Of a stretch of DNA of 64,000 bases, positions 49,764 to 58,668 are shown piece by piece. The position numbers were made by a program, and so were the translations under genes. Source of the DNA: Labilithrix sp. (GTDB taxonomy: Bacteria > Myxococcota_A > Polyangia > Polyangiales > Polyangiaceae); the NCBI GenBank assembly GCA_046351255.1, contig JAXLYU010000014.1:187730-251729 (forward strand), in the 5' to 3' direction. Below the pieces are notes generated by a model. That model made no database searches. It was not told where the DNA came from and was given only the letters and a program-made list of their open reading frames with translations. The first letter of the stretch is position 1. The number at the start of each line of letters is the position of its first letter.

Positions 49764-52700
49764 TCACCCGCGCGGGGCGAGGCCTGGCGCGAGGACGCGC
49801 GCGAGCGGGGCGTCGAGGTCGTCGCCGAGGCGCGCGACCCCGCCCTCGACGGACGCGGCGAGCTTCGCGTAGCCGAGGAGGCCTCGCTCCGTGAGCGCCG
49901 GCGTGGCGGCCCGCGCGATGCGATCGGCGAGGGCCGGCGCGCCAGCGGCGGAGGCGAGTCCGGCGAGCGCGAGGCGCGCGAGGGGTGAAGCGAGCGGCGA
50001 GGGATCGAGCGCGAAGAGCGCGATGATGCCGAGCGCGGTGCTGAACGCGGCCGGCGAAGGTCGATCCGCAGCGCGCGCCACCGCGGCGCGGGCGAGCGTG
50101 TGCAGCATGTCCGCGCGCAGGCCCTCTGCGACGAGCAGCGGCGCGCCCGTGAACACGCGCGGATCGTCGGCGATGGTGCGCCAGGCGCCCGCGTAGTCGT
50201 CCTCCCACAGCGAGACCGCGATCTCGGAGACCGCCGCGTAATACCGCTGGACGTTAGGGCCTACGGAGCTCCAGAAATGGAGCGCGGCGCGCGCACGCTC
50301 GCGCGCGACGGCGGGTCCGTGGGAAAGGAGCCACCCCGTGGTGGCGTGGTTCAGGCTGACGTCGCTCATGCGATGCCGGTTCCGTCGCACGCTCGCGTCG
50401 CGGTACTCCCCCTCGACGTGCAGCGTGAGCTCGCGGAAGCTGCCGAGATAGTAGAGCGCGTACATGTAGAAATGCCGGATCGACATGAGCTCCCAGCCCA
50501 CCGTCTGCGAGGCGGCGAAGAGGCGCTCGAGCGCGACGGGCGCGAGCGCGACGCCTTCGCGGAGATTGCCGCGCTGGAGCTCGATGATGGCGCGCGTACC
50601 CATCGCCATCGCGCGATGATGGTCGTCGAGCTCCGTGGCGAGCGCGTCGACCTGCGCGAGCAGGCGATCGGTACGACGGCGTGACCAGCCGCCGTAGAGG
50701 CCCGAGTAGGTCGCCTCCGCCAGGAGCGCACGGAGCGCACGCACGTCGTCGCCGATGCCGAGCGCCTGCGTGAGGCCGAGCGCGTGCACCGCGCCCGCGC
50801 GAAACGGGTCGATGAGGAGGAAGCACCCCGCGATCGTCCAGGCTAGATCCACGCGATTGCGCGTCGAGGTGGGGGCCGGCTCGCGCGTGTCCTTCTCGCG
50901 CACGAGCTTCGTCCCACGGAGCCGCAGGCGAAGGCGACCGCCGATGAAGTCGAGGACGCCGTGGCGATCGACGCGATAACCATCGAGCTTCCCGGCGGTG
51001 GAGAGCTCGCGGAGCATCGCGAGGCCGCGCTCGAGCTCGCCCGCGGTGAGCCACTGCTCCGCCGCGCGGCGACGGGTGTCGATCGCCGTCGCCGCGTCGT
51101 CGAGCGAGGCCGCGCGCTCGAGCTCCTCCGCTGCGGCGACGTGATCCTCGGCCCGGCGATGGCACTCGGCGAGCCGCTCGCGGAGGGCACGCTCCTCCGT
51201 CGGTCCCGCGAGCGCGAGCAGATGGCGGAGCCAGCCGGCCGCACGATCGAACGCGAGCACGAGCTCGGCCTCGCTCGCGGCGGCCTCCACGTAGGCGCGC
51301 GCACGTGGGTCGCGGGCGCCGAGCAGGTGCCGCGCGACGTCGTCGTCCGGCATCTTCGTCTGGAGCATCGCGTCCGCGAGCGCGGCGTGCGTCGCCCGGC
51401 GCTCCTCCTCGCCGAGCCGCTCGAGCAGATGCTGGCGAAGGACGTCGTGGTAGACGTCGAAGCGCTCGATGCCGGGGCCGACCTCGCGATCGATGCGGCA
51501 CAGGCGCTCCGCCACGAGCGCGTGGAACGCGGAGCGACCGGTGCCGCGCGCGACGTGCACGAGGACGCGCGTATCGAGCGGCGCCTCGTTGACGGCGAGC
51601 AGATCGAGCACGCGCCGCGCGGCGGGCGCGATCGCATCGAGGCGCGCTCCGAGGAGCTGCGTGGGATCCGCGCTGGGGTTGGTCCCCGCGGACCAGGCGA
51701 GCGTCTCGATGAGGAACGGAACGCCGTGGGTCGAGCCGAGCGCGCGCGTGTCGACGTCGAGCGACTGTGCGAGCGCGAGCACCTCGTCGTCGCGAAGCGG
51801 GCCGAGCTCGATCTCCTCGATACGCCGGCCCGCGGCGCCGAGGCGGCCGATGAGGCGCTGGCTTCGCGCGTCGGGACCGCGCATGGCGACGACGAGCGAG
51901 ACCTCCGGATCCTGCGCGAGGAGCTGCGTGAGGAATCCGAGCGAGTCCGCGTCGGCCCACTGCAGATCGTCGACGACGAGTAGCGTTCGCCCGCACCGGC
52001 GCAGCACCGCGCCGAGCTCACGCGCGGCGCGGCGCACCTGCTCGAGCGCGGTCAGGAGCGTCGGCGTCGCGCTCTGGCCCGGCGCGCGGAGAGCGGGGAA
52101 GAGCAGCCCCAGCGCCTCGTGCGTCTCGTCGGTCGCGATCGCGTCGGTCGCGACGAGCTCGTCGATGACGGCATCGATCGCGTTCCACCGGATCGACTCG
52201 CTGACGTAGCAGCGCGATCGTACGACCCGCGCTCCTTCCTCGCCGCAGAAGCGATCGAGGACGGAGGTCTTGCCGAGGCCCGGCGCGCCCACGAGCACGG
52301 CGATGGACCGCGCCGCGCCGCGCAGCCGACGGAGCTCCTCTTCGCGCCCGACGAAGGTGCCGCGCTTGCGACGTCCCGCCTCGATCGCGATCGGATCGGG
52401 CGTGGCGCGTTCTTCCTGGAGGATCCGGCGAACGTGCTCGAGGTCGGGTCGTCCGTCGGGGGACGGCGCGAGGAGCTCGACGGCGAGCCGGGCGAGCGGC
52501 TCCCCCGCCGGCTCGTGCGGCGCGAGCCCCAGCCGCTTCGCGCGGCGCACCTGCTCCGGCGTGCCGACGAACGGGAGGTAGCCGTGGAGCGCCTGGAAGA
52601 GCAGCACCCCGAGCGCGTAACGGTCGGCGGCGGCGCCGATCGTGCCCCCGAGCTCGAGCTGCTCCGGCGCCATGTACGCGAGCGTGCCGATCGGCCGGGC

Positions 52701-53345
52701 GTTTCGGCCCCCCGTGATGCGCGCGATGCCGAAGTCGAGGATGACGACGCGGCCGCTCCCGTCGACCATGACGTTCTCCGGCTTGAGGTCGCCGTGGACG
52801 AGGCCTTCGCGCTCGAGGAAGGCGAGCGCGTCGACGATCTGGAGCGCGGCCTCGACGAGGCGGCGGCGATCGCACCCGAGAGACGGATCGCACCCGAGAG
52901 ACGGATCGCACCCGAGAGACGGATCGCGCTCGGGCGCTTCGGTCGGCTCGTCGGAGCGCTCGTCGTTCGACACGTCGAGGTTCGTTGGGCTCACCGTGCG
53001 CGTGTGCGTGATGGTGGCGTGCGCCTCGTCCGCCACGCCGACCCAGCGGAGGACGTTCACGCCATCGACGTGCTCGAGGAGGATGCACTCGAGCTCTGGC
53101 GCGAGCACCAGCTCCAGCATCGTGACGAGGTTCGGATGCGAGAGGTCGCGGATGACGCGGAACTCGCGCTTCAGATCGTTCGGGTTCTTCCGCGCCCCCA
53201 CGAGGAGCTTGAGGGCGACGCGCACATCCCGCATGCGGTCGTGCACGAGCTCGACCCGGCCGTGACCGCCGCGACCGAGATGGCGGATCCACTCGAAGCG
53301 AGCCCCGAGGTCCGGCGCGAGGTCGTCGTCGCGCTTCGGATGCAT
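49764..53345 (-). CDS. Ser/Thr protein kinase fused to AAA+ NTPase and helical repeat domains
   Basis: Kinase motifs: HLGRGGHGRV (G-loop), VALK, HGDLKPENV, DFG, TLAYMAPE. The kinase insert carries ERDPSLGCDPSLGCDPSLGCD. The Walker A motif is VLVGAPGLGKTS, the Walker B motif is LLVVDDLQWAD, and a long helical C-terminus follows. The start is either ATG 53345 (MHPKRDDD) or ATG 53411 (MQAVG...). The further 5' part of the track ORF is rejected. Confidence 0.8.
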   Translation of the reverse strand: MHPKRDDDLAPDLGARFEWIRHLGRGGHGRVELVHDRMRDVRVALKLLVGARKNPNDLKREFRVIRDLSHPNLVTMLELVLAPELECILLEHVDGVNVLRWVGVADEAHATITHTRTVSPTNLDVSNDERSDEPTEAPERDPSLGCDPSLGCDPSLGCDRRRLVEAALQIVDALAFLEREGLVHGDLKPENVMVDGSGRVVILDFGIARITGGRNARPIGTLAYMAPEQLELGGTIGAAADRYALGVLLFQALHGYLPFVGTPEQVRRAKRLGLAPHEPAGEPLARLAVELLAPSPDGRPDLEHVRRILQEERATPDPIAIEAGRRKRGTFVGREEELRRLRGAARSIAVLVGAPGLGKTSVLDRFCGEEGARVVRSRCYVSESIRWNAIDAVIDELVATDAIATDETHEALGLLFPALRAPGQSATPTLLTALEQVRRAARELGAVLRRCGRTLLVVDDLQWADADSLGFLTQLLAQDPEVSLVVAMRGPDARSQRLIGRLGAAGRRIEEIELGPLRDDEVLALAQSLDVDTRALGSTHGVPFLIETLAWSAGTNPSADPTQLLGARLDAIAPAARRVLDLLAVNEAPLDTRVLVHVARGTGRSAFHALVAERLCRIDREVGPGIERFDVYHDVLRQHLLERLGEEERRATHAALADAMLQTKMPDDDVARHLLGARDPRARAYVEAAASEAELVLAFDRAAGWLRHLLALAGPTEERALRERLAECHRRAEDHVAAAEELERAASLDDAATAIDTRRRAAEQWLTAGELERGLAMLRELSTAGKLDGYRVDRHGVLDFIGGRLRLRLRGTKLVREKDTREPAPTSTRNRVDLAWTIAGCFLLIDPFRAGAVHALGLTQALGIGDDVRALRALLAEATYSGLYGGWSRRRTDRLLAQVDALATELDDHHRAMAMGTRAIIELQRGNLREGVALAPVALERLFAASQTVGWELMSIRHFYMYALYYLGSFRELTLHVEGEYRDASVRRNRHRMSDVSLNHATTGWLLSHGPAVARERARAALHFWSSVGPNVQRYYAAVSEIAVSLWEDDYAGAWRTIADDPRVFTGAPLLVAEGLRADMLHTLARAAVARAADRPSPAAFSTALGIIALFALDPSPLASPLARLALAGLASAAGAPALADRIARAATPALTERGLLGYAKLAASVEGGVARLGDDLDAPLARVLAPGLAPRG
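52868..52927. repeat. 18-bp tandem repeat x3.3 (gatcgcacccgagagacg) inside the kinase gene
   Basis: Three perfect copies plus a partial fourth. Encodes DPSLGC x3 on the minus strand. A near-identical 26-nt copy, gatcgaacccgagagacggatcgcgc, occurs at 60379..60404. Confidence 0.8.
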
Positions 53346-53489
53346 GAAGCGGCGATCATAAACCGAGCGTTCTCCGATCCCCAGTGCGTGATACGTTCCC
53401 ACCGCTTGCATTCGGGGACCCGCACGGCCCCTCTCTCGGAGGGCGCGGAGGAAGACAGCTTCGACGACGCCGCTCCGCCGGAGCCGGGG

Positions 53490-54710
53490 GTGGTCGCTGT
53501 GTTTTCCGGGCGCGCGATCGGGGTGCCGTTCGTGCATGGTCGTCCGGTCGGACGCGAGGCGCTCGCGGAGCTGGGCGTCAAGGACGACCAGATGAGCCGC
53601 GAGCATTTCGAGTTACGCGCGGACAAACGCGGGCTCACCCTCGACGACCTGAAGAGCCGCAACGGGACGTTCTTCGGAGGCGCTCGGATCTCGAGCCCGG
53701 TCCCGGTGACCGCAGGCGACGTGGTAAGGGCCGGTCGCACCCTCTTCGTGGTGGTGGACGACGCCCGCTCGTTCGAGCGCGCGCCCCCGCGGCTCGATGG
53801 GGACGAGGTTCGGGGGCCCGAGCTCACCAAGGTGCTTGCGCGCGCGCAGGCGATGAGTCAGCTCGAGCAGCTCCTCGTGGTGGGGGAGAGCGGAAGCGGC
53901 AAGGAGCACGTGGCGCGCGCGTTCCACGGCGGGGACGCCAAGGCGCCCTTCGTCGCCCTCAACTGCGCGTCGCTCCAGGGCGGCATCGTCGAGCGCCTAC
54001 TCTTCGGCGCGCGAAAGGGCGTGTACACGGGCGCAGAGGCGGACGCCGAGGGCTACGTACGGGCGGCGGAGGGCGGGACGCTCTTCCTCGACGAGATCGC
54101 GGAGCTCGACGCCGCGGTGCAAGCGAAGCTCCTTCGCTTCGTCGAGACGCGCGAGTACTTCCCCCTCGGCGATACGCGCCCGCGCACGGCGAAGGTGCGC
54201 ATCTGCTTCGCGACGCTGAAGGGCCTCGAGGTCGAGGTCGAGGCGCATCGTTTTCGCGAGGACCTCTTCCACCGCATCGCGACGCCGATCGTGCACGTGC
54301 CGCCGCTCCGCGAGCGCCGGGCGGAGATCCCCTTGCTCATCGAGCTCGAGGTGCGCCGTCACGGCGGCCGCGTGAAGCCCACGATCGGCTTCGTCGAGAG
54401 CGCGCTTCGCTCACCGTGGCCGGGGAACGTCCGCCAGCTCCGGCGCACCGTCGTGGCGGCGCTCGTGGCAGCGGAGCTCGAAGGACGCGCGACCGTCGGC
54501 GCGAGCGATCTCCCGCTGGTGTCCGCCAACCCCGCGCCCGCACCCGCGCCCGAGCCCGCGCCCGAGGCCGAGGCCGCGATCCGTGCTCAGCCGACCGACG
54601 AGGAGATCGAGCGCGCGGTCGAGGCCGCGGCCGGCAACGTCTCGGTGGCGGCGCGCGCGCTCGGCATCCATCGCAGCAAGCTCCGTCGCTGGCTCGAGCG
54701 GAAGCGGTAA
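53490..54710 (+). CDS. Sigma-54-dependent transcriptional regulator with N-terminal FHA domain
   Basis: FHA (VVAVFSGRAIGVPFVHGRPVGRE...SREHFELRADKRGLTLDDLKSRNGTFFGG), sigma-54 AAA+ (LVVGESGSGKEHVARAFH, GAFTGA-like, GGTLFLDEIAEL) and C-terminal HTH (AAAGNVSVAARALGIHRSKLRRWLER). The start is uncertain. GTG at 53490 is preferred because ATG 53340 would overlap the divergent kinase start. Confidence 0.75.
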   Translation: MVAVFSGRAIGVPFVHGRPVGREALAELGVKDDQMSREHFELRADKRGLTLDDLKSRNGTFFGGARISSPVPVTAGDVVRAGRTLFVVVDDARSFERAPPRLDGDEVRGPELTKVLARAQAMSQLEQLLVVGESGSGKEHVARAFHGGDAKAPFVALNCASLQGGIVERLLFGARKGVYTGAEADAEGYVRAAEGGTLFLDEIAELDAAVQAKLLRFVETREYFPLGDTRPRTAKVRICFATLKGLEVEVEAHRFREDLFHRIATPIVHVPPLRERRAEIPLLIELEVRRHGGRVKPTIGFVESALRSPWPGNVRQLRRTVVAALVAAELEGRATVGASDLPLVSANPAPAPAPEPAPEAEAAIRAQPTDEEIERAVEAAAGNVSVAARALGIHRSKLRRWLERKR

Positions 54711-54721
54711 CCGTGGCGGGC

Positions 54722-55552
54722 TCAGAGCCTCTCGTGGAGGTAGTCGTCGACGAAGATCTTCGCCGCGGTCGTGCTGGCGCCGGCGAAGGTGAGCCCGGCG
54801 AGGAGCTCCGGGATGCCCGCCCTGATCACGGTGAGCGGCGCGTTGCGTGCGTTCCCGTCCACGATGAACGTGACCTGCTTGGCGTCGAAGTCGACCTCGA
54901 TCGACACCTCGATCCAGCGCTGGAGCGGGACCTCGATCGGGGCGAGGAGGAGCCTCGTGTCGGCCGTCGCCATGACGAACTGCTCGTAGAGGGCGAAGCC
55001 GTCCGGTGAGAGGTGGGCGTAGAGATCACTGGCGGTGTCGCCAGCGCGGAACCGCCACATGTTGATCTCGATGGCGCCCGCGGTCGGGGCTCGATCGACG
55101 TAGAGCGAATAGGAGAGCCGCGCGTGGTGCACCAGCTCGGAGCCGATGGGGCCGTTCCGCCAGTATGCAGCCCGTACGCTGCCCTTTCCCGTGATCTCGC
55201 CCGAGAGCGATCGCGGCGTGGAGCGCGCGACCGCCGAGGAGAGGGTGACGACCGAGCCCTCTCCCGCGACCTCCGTGGCCCACGTGCTCCCTTCACGGTC
55301 GAAGTCCTCGCACACGCTCGCGGTGGTCGTCGGATGGGCGGCGCAGAACGTCAGCGGCCCTGCGTCGGCGGCGTCGCTCGTGCTCGACGCCGGCGCGTCG
55401 GCCGCGGCGTCGACGCCTCCTTCGCCGGCGACCGAAGACGTCGGCCCGCCGTCCGCCGTGAGCGGCCCACCCGAGAGATCGTCGAGCGACGTGACGAGGC
55501 TGCACCCGGCGAGCAGCGGCCCCACGAAGACGGCGACCCGGCGTAGCAGCAC
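54722..55552 (-). CDS. Lipoprotein, hypothetical
   Basis: MLLRRVAVFVGPLLAGCSL has a lipobox, then an acidic/Ala-rich linker and a 200-aa beta-rich domain. Confidence 0.5.
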   Translation of the reverse strand: MLLRRVAVFVGPLLAGCSLVTSLDDLSGGPLTADGGPTSSVAGEGGVDAAADAPASSTSDAADAGPLTFCAAHPTTTASVCEDFDREGSTWATEVAGEGSVVTLSSAVARSTPRSLSGEITGKGSVRAAYWRNGPIGSELVHHARLSYSLYVDRAPTAGAIEINMWRFRAGDTASDLYAHLSPDGFALYEQFVMATADTRLLLAPIEVPLQRWIEVSIEVDFDAKQVTFIVDGNARNAPLTVIRAGIPELLAGLTFAGASTTAAKIFVDDYLHERL

Positions 55553-55604
55553 GACGGGAAGGATAGACGTCCGGGCGCGGGAGGAGGTGATCAGGATGGG
55601 ATGC

Positions 55605-56096
55605 TCACGGTCCGACCTGGAATCGCACGGTGTTGCTCTCGATCTCCGCGGCGCGCACCGTGGTGGAGTAGGCGCCCGGAGGGAGCGGCGGCGAGAACAC
55701 GTCGAGCCGGAGCCTGCGCGCGAGGCGCTGGCCCGGCGCGATGGTGGTCGTCTCGGGGCGTGGTGTCGGAGGCGGCCCGCTCGCGACGTCCTTCCCGTCG
55801 CCGTCGCGCACGCGCAAGAACAGCGGCGCCGACTCGAGCACCTGAACCGGCAGGTCGACCGCCGCCGCGCCCCGATTCACGAGGACGACCTCGACCTCGA
55901 CGCTCGCGGGGTCGACGTACCGCTCACGCGCGACCGAGAGGGTGGCGACGAGGGCCGTCGCGCGCGGGCTCGGGGTCGAGGTCGGGGTCGGGGTTGGGGT
56001 CGGGCTTGGCGCGGGGGTGGGGGCCAACGAGGAGGGGCTGCACGCCATGGCCGACATCAAGACCGTCATGGCGAGCGCCTTCATCCCGATGCGCAT
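55605..56096 (-). CDS. Lipoprotein with Pro/Thr linker, hypothetical
   Basis: MKALAMTVLMSAMACSPSS has a lipobox. The PTPAPSPTPTPTPTSTPSP linker is encoded by a ggggtc hexamer-like repeat. Confidence 0.5.
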   Translation of the reverse strand: MRIGMKALAMTVLMSAMACSPSSLAPTPAPSPTPTPTPTSTPSPRATALVATLSVARERYVDPASVEVEVVLVNRGAAAVDLPVQVLESAPLFLRVRDGDGKDVASGPPPTPRPETTTIAPGQRLARRLRLDVFSPPLPPGAYSTTVRAAEIESNTVRFQVGP

Positions 56097-56227
56097 CGTA
56101 GCCCGAGCGGGCGGGCGCCCGGAGCCTCGGCGCCCGTCGCCCCGGCCCCGGCCCAGCCCCAGCCCCCCTTGACAACGGCGGGCGCGGATTTATCGGTCGA
56201 TGAGAGGTACCAAGCAAGGGGATAACG

Positions 56228-56536
56228 ATGGCGTGTTCGTCGACCGATCCGGCCGCAATTTGGATCGATCAGGCGGAGCGGAGCTTGTTCGCCCTCGCGA
56301 GCGAGCTCAGGCGTGTTCCGCTCGGGGAGAGCACCAGGCAGCTGCACGTGCGCGCGCTCGAATTGAAGCGAGAGATGGTCCGCTGGCGCGAGCACCCGCC
56401 GGACCAGGACGTCCTCACCCGAGCGCTCGAGGAGATCGAGCGTCTCGCGCGCGAGGCGCGGCGCCATCAGACCCCGGTCGATCGGAGCCGTTCGGCGGCC
56501 CTCGCCGTCGTCAGCCGCGCGCGCTTCGGCGCGTGA
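56228..56536 (+). CDS. Hypothetical small helical protein
   Basis: An AAGGGGA Shine-Dalgarno sequence lies 6 nt before ATG 56228. Coding is GC3-rich and the ORF is 102 aa. Confidence 0.4.
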   Translation: MACSSTDPAAIWIDQAERSLFALASELRRVPLGESTRQLHVRALELKREMVRWREHPPDQDVLTRALEEIERLAREARRHQTPVDRSRSAALAVVSRARFGA

Positions 56537-56828
56537 AGGGCGACCGCGATCACGCGAAGCTGAAGCTCGGCCCGACGCTCGAGACCCGGTCCGCGTTCGC
56601 GGTCGCGCGAAGCTCGGCGTGGTGTGGCGCGGCGCGGACGCATCGAGGCGTCGAGGCGCCGAAGCGTCGCGGCCGGGGCACGCATGGGACCGTCCGGGCG
56701 AGCGCCCCGCACATGACCGCCACCGATCGCGGCCAGCGCACGCTCGACACGGCAGCGCGCGGCTCTCTTCAGCCTCGAGCGCTCGAACAGACCTGGCCGA
56801 TGACATCGACCAGGACGCTCCCGTGTAG

Positions 56829-57320
56829 CTAGTTCGCTTGGTTCTTCTTGCCGGTGCCGTCGGCGCGGATGGTGACGGTCAGGTCGCCGAGCGAGGTGCC
56901 GCTCTGGTTGTGATCGTGCCAGCGGACGCCGGCGATGATCTGCTCGTTCGCCGCCTCCGTCGTGCCGGCGTTGACCGGCGTACCGATGAGGCCCATCGAT
57001 TCGAGCGTGATGCCCGGCGCTGGCGTCTCGACCTCCCACTGCATCGACACGATGTACTTGTGAGGTCCTTCCTCGAACGTGCGCCACGCCAGCTTCGCCT
57101 TCACGCCGTGCACGTCGACGGGGAGCTCGGCGCGCTTCGCCTTGTCGTCGGGCGGCGCGTGGGCGCGGGCGCCTGGCTCGACGTGGGAGCGCAGGTCGGT
57201 CGGGGTCCCGACGGGGCCCGCGGGCGTCGTCTCCTTGCTGCAGGCCGCGAGCAGCAGCGCGAGCGCGAGCGTGAGCGCGGGCGCGACCGAGGGGGTGAGA
57301 GGGCGTCGGGGAGTGGTCAC
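56829..57320 (-). CDS. Lipoprotein, hypothetical
   Basis: MTTPRRPLTPSVAPALTLALALLLAACSKE has a lipobox. Confidence 0.5.
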   Translation of the reverse strand: MTTPRRPLTPSVAPALTLALALLLAACSKETTPAGPVGTPTDLRSHVEPGARAHAPPDDKAKRAELPVDVHGVKAKLAWRTFEEGPHKYIVSMQWEVETPAPGITLESMGLIGTPVNAGTTEAANEQIIAGVRWHDHNQSGTSLGDLTVTIRADGTGKKNQAN

Positions 57321-57329
57321 GACGGAAGC

Positions 57330-57743
57330 TTACTCGAGGCGCGCCTCCCACGTGATGGCGACCTCGTCCGCGAGCGTCTCGCTGACGGAGCAGTACTTCT
57401 CCACCGCGAGGGAGACCGCGCGCGTCAGCTTGTTCGTGTCGACGGCGCCGCGCGCGATGAAGACGAGGTGCATCTTCGTGAATGGCGCAGGGACCGCGTC
57501 CCTTCGCGTGCCCTCGATCTCGATGCGGAGGCCCTCGAGCGGCTCCTTCTGCTTGTTGACCAGGATGTGCACCACGTCCATCGCGCTGCAGCTCGCGACG
57601 GCGGAGAGGAGGAGCTCCATCGGGCGCATGCCGCGGTCCGTACCGCCGATGTCCGGCGCGCCATCGACGACGAGCTTTCCGCCCGAGCCGGTCGCCGTCG
57701 CCTCGAAGGCCGCATGACCGACACGCTCGAGGACGACCTTCAC
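57330..57743 (-). CDS. OsmC/Ohr-family protein
   Basis: GTG at 57743 overlaps the cysK stop (GTGA). VKVVLERVGHAAFEA...MRPMELLLSAVASCSAMDVV...HLVFIARGAVD...LAVEKYCSVSETL carries both conserved Cys. The 5' Arg-rich part of the track ORF is rejected. Confidence 0.7.
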   Translation of the reverse strand: MKVVLERVGHAAFEATATGSGGKLVVDGAPDIGGTDRGMRPMELLLSAVASCSAMDVVHILVNKQKEPLEGLRIEIEGTRRDAVPAPFTKMHLVFIARGAVDTNKLTRAVSLAVEKYCSVSETLADEVAITWEARLE

Positions 57744-58645
57744 GGCTTCGCTCCGGTCGAGAACAGCGGAGACGAGAGATACCGGTCTCCGCGGTCGCAG
57801 ATGATGCACACGATCGTCGCGTCGCGGCTCTCGGCGGCGAGCTCGCGCGCGAGCTTCCTTGCCGCCCAGACCGCCCCGCCGGAGCTGACGCCGCCGAAGA
57901 CGCCTTCCTTGCGGGCGAGGTCGCGCGTGGTCGCCTCCGCGTCGGTCTGCGCGATGTCGATGATGCGATCGACGCGCGCCGGCTCGTAGATCTTCGGCAG
58001 ATACGCCTCCGGCCACCGGCGAATGCCGGGGATGCTCGCGCCCTCGGTGGGCTGGCAGCCGATGATCTGGATGGAGCGGTCCTTCTCCTTCAGGAAGCGC
58101 GATGTCCCCATGATCGTGCCGGTGGTCCCCATCGCGCTGACGAAATGGGTGATCTCGCCGCTGGTCTGGCGGACGATCTCGGGGGCGGTGGTCTCGTAGT
58201 GGGCGCGCCAGTTGTCGGGGTTCGCGAACTGGTCGAGCATCACGTAGCCGCCGCGCGCGACCTTCTCACGGGCGTGATCGATGGTCGCCTCCATGCTGCC
58301 CGCGGCAGGGGTGAGGACGACGTGCGCGCCGAACGCCCGCATCACCTGCACGCGCTCCGCGGTCGCGTTCTCGGGCATGACGAGCTCGATCTCGTAGCCG
58401 CGCGCGGCCGCGATCATCGCGAGCGCGATGCCCGTGTTGCCGCTCGTCGGCTCGATCAGCTTCATGCCGGGGCGGAGATCGCCTCGCTCCTCGGCGCGCA
58501 GGATCATGGAGCGGGCGGGGCGGTCCTTCACGCTCCCACCGGGGTTGTTCCCCTCGAGCTTGCCAAAGAGGCGAATTCCCGGGCGATCCGTGCCCGGATC
58601 CAGCTCCACGAGGGGGGTCTCACCTACGAGATCGGCGATCTTCAC
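57740..58645 (-). CDS. cysK: Cysteine synthase (O-acetylserine sulfhydrylase, CysK/CysM family)
   Basis: PLP motifs GGSVKDRPA, TSGNTGIALA and GTTGTIMG. The ORF is 301 aa. Confidence 0.9.
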   Translation of the reverse strand: MKIADLVGETPLVELDPGTDRPGIRLFGKLEGNNPGGSVKDRPARSMILRAEERGDLRPGMKLIEPTSGNTGIALAMIAAARGYEIELVMPENATAERVQVMRAFGAHVVLTPAAGSMEATIDHAREKVARGGYVMLDQFANPDNWRAHYETTAPEIVRQTSGEITHFVSAMGTTGTIMGTSRFLKEKDRSIQIIGCQPTEGASIPGIRRWPEAYLPKIYEPARVDRIIDIAQTDAEATTRDLARKEGVFGGVSSGGAVWAARKLARELAAESRDATIVCIICDRGDRYLSSPLFSTGAKP

Positions 58646-58668
58646 GATGTCGCAGTACGGTAGCGGTC

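Noticed and set aside
47076-49988. 970-aa plus-strand ORF
   Set aside because: Antisense to the beta-propeller/CCP gene. The translation is Arg/Gly/Asp-rich low complexity.
50254-52021. 580-aa and 392-aa minus-strand ORFs
   Set aside because: Alternative frames of the kinase gene. They have extreme Arg/Pro/Ala composition and no motifs.
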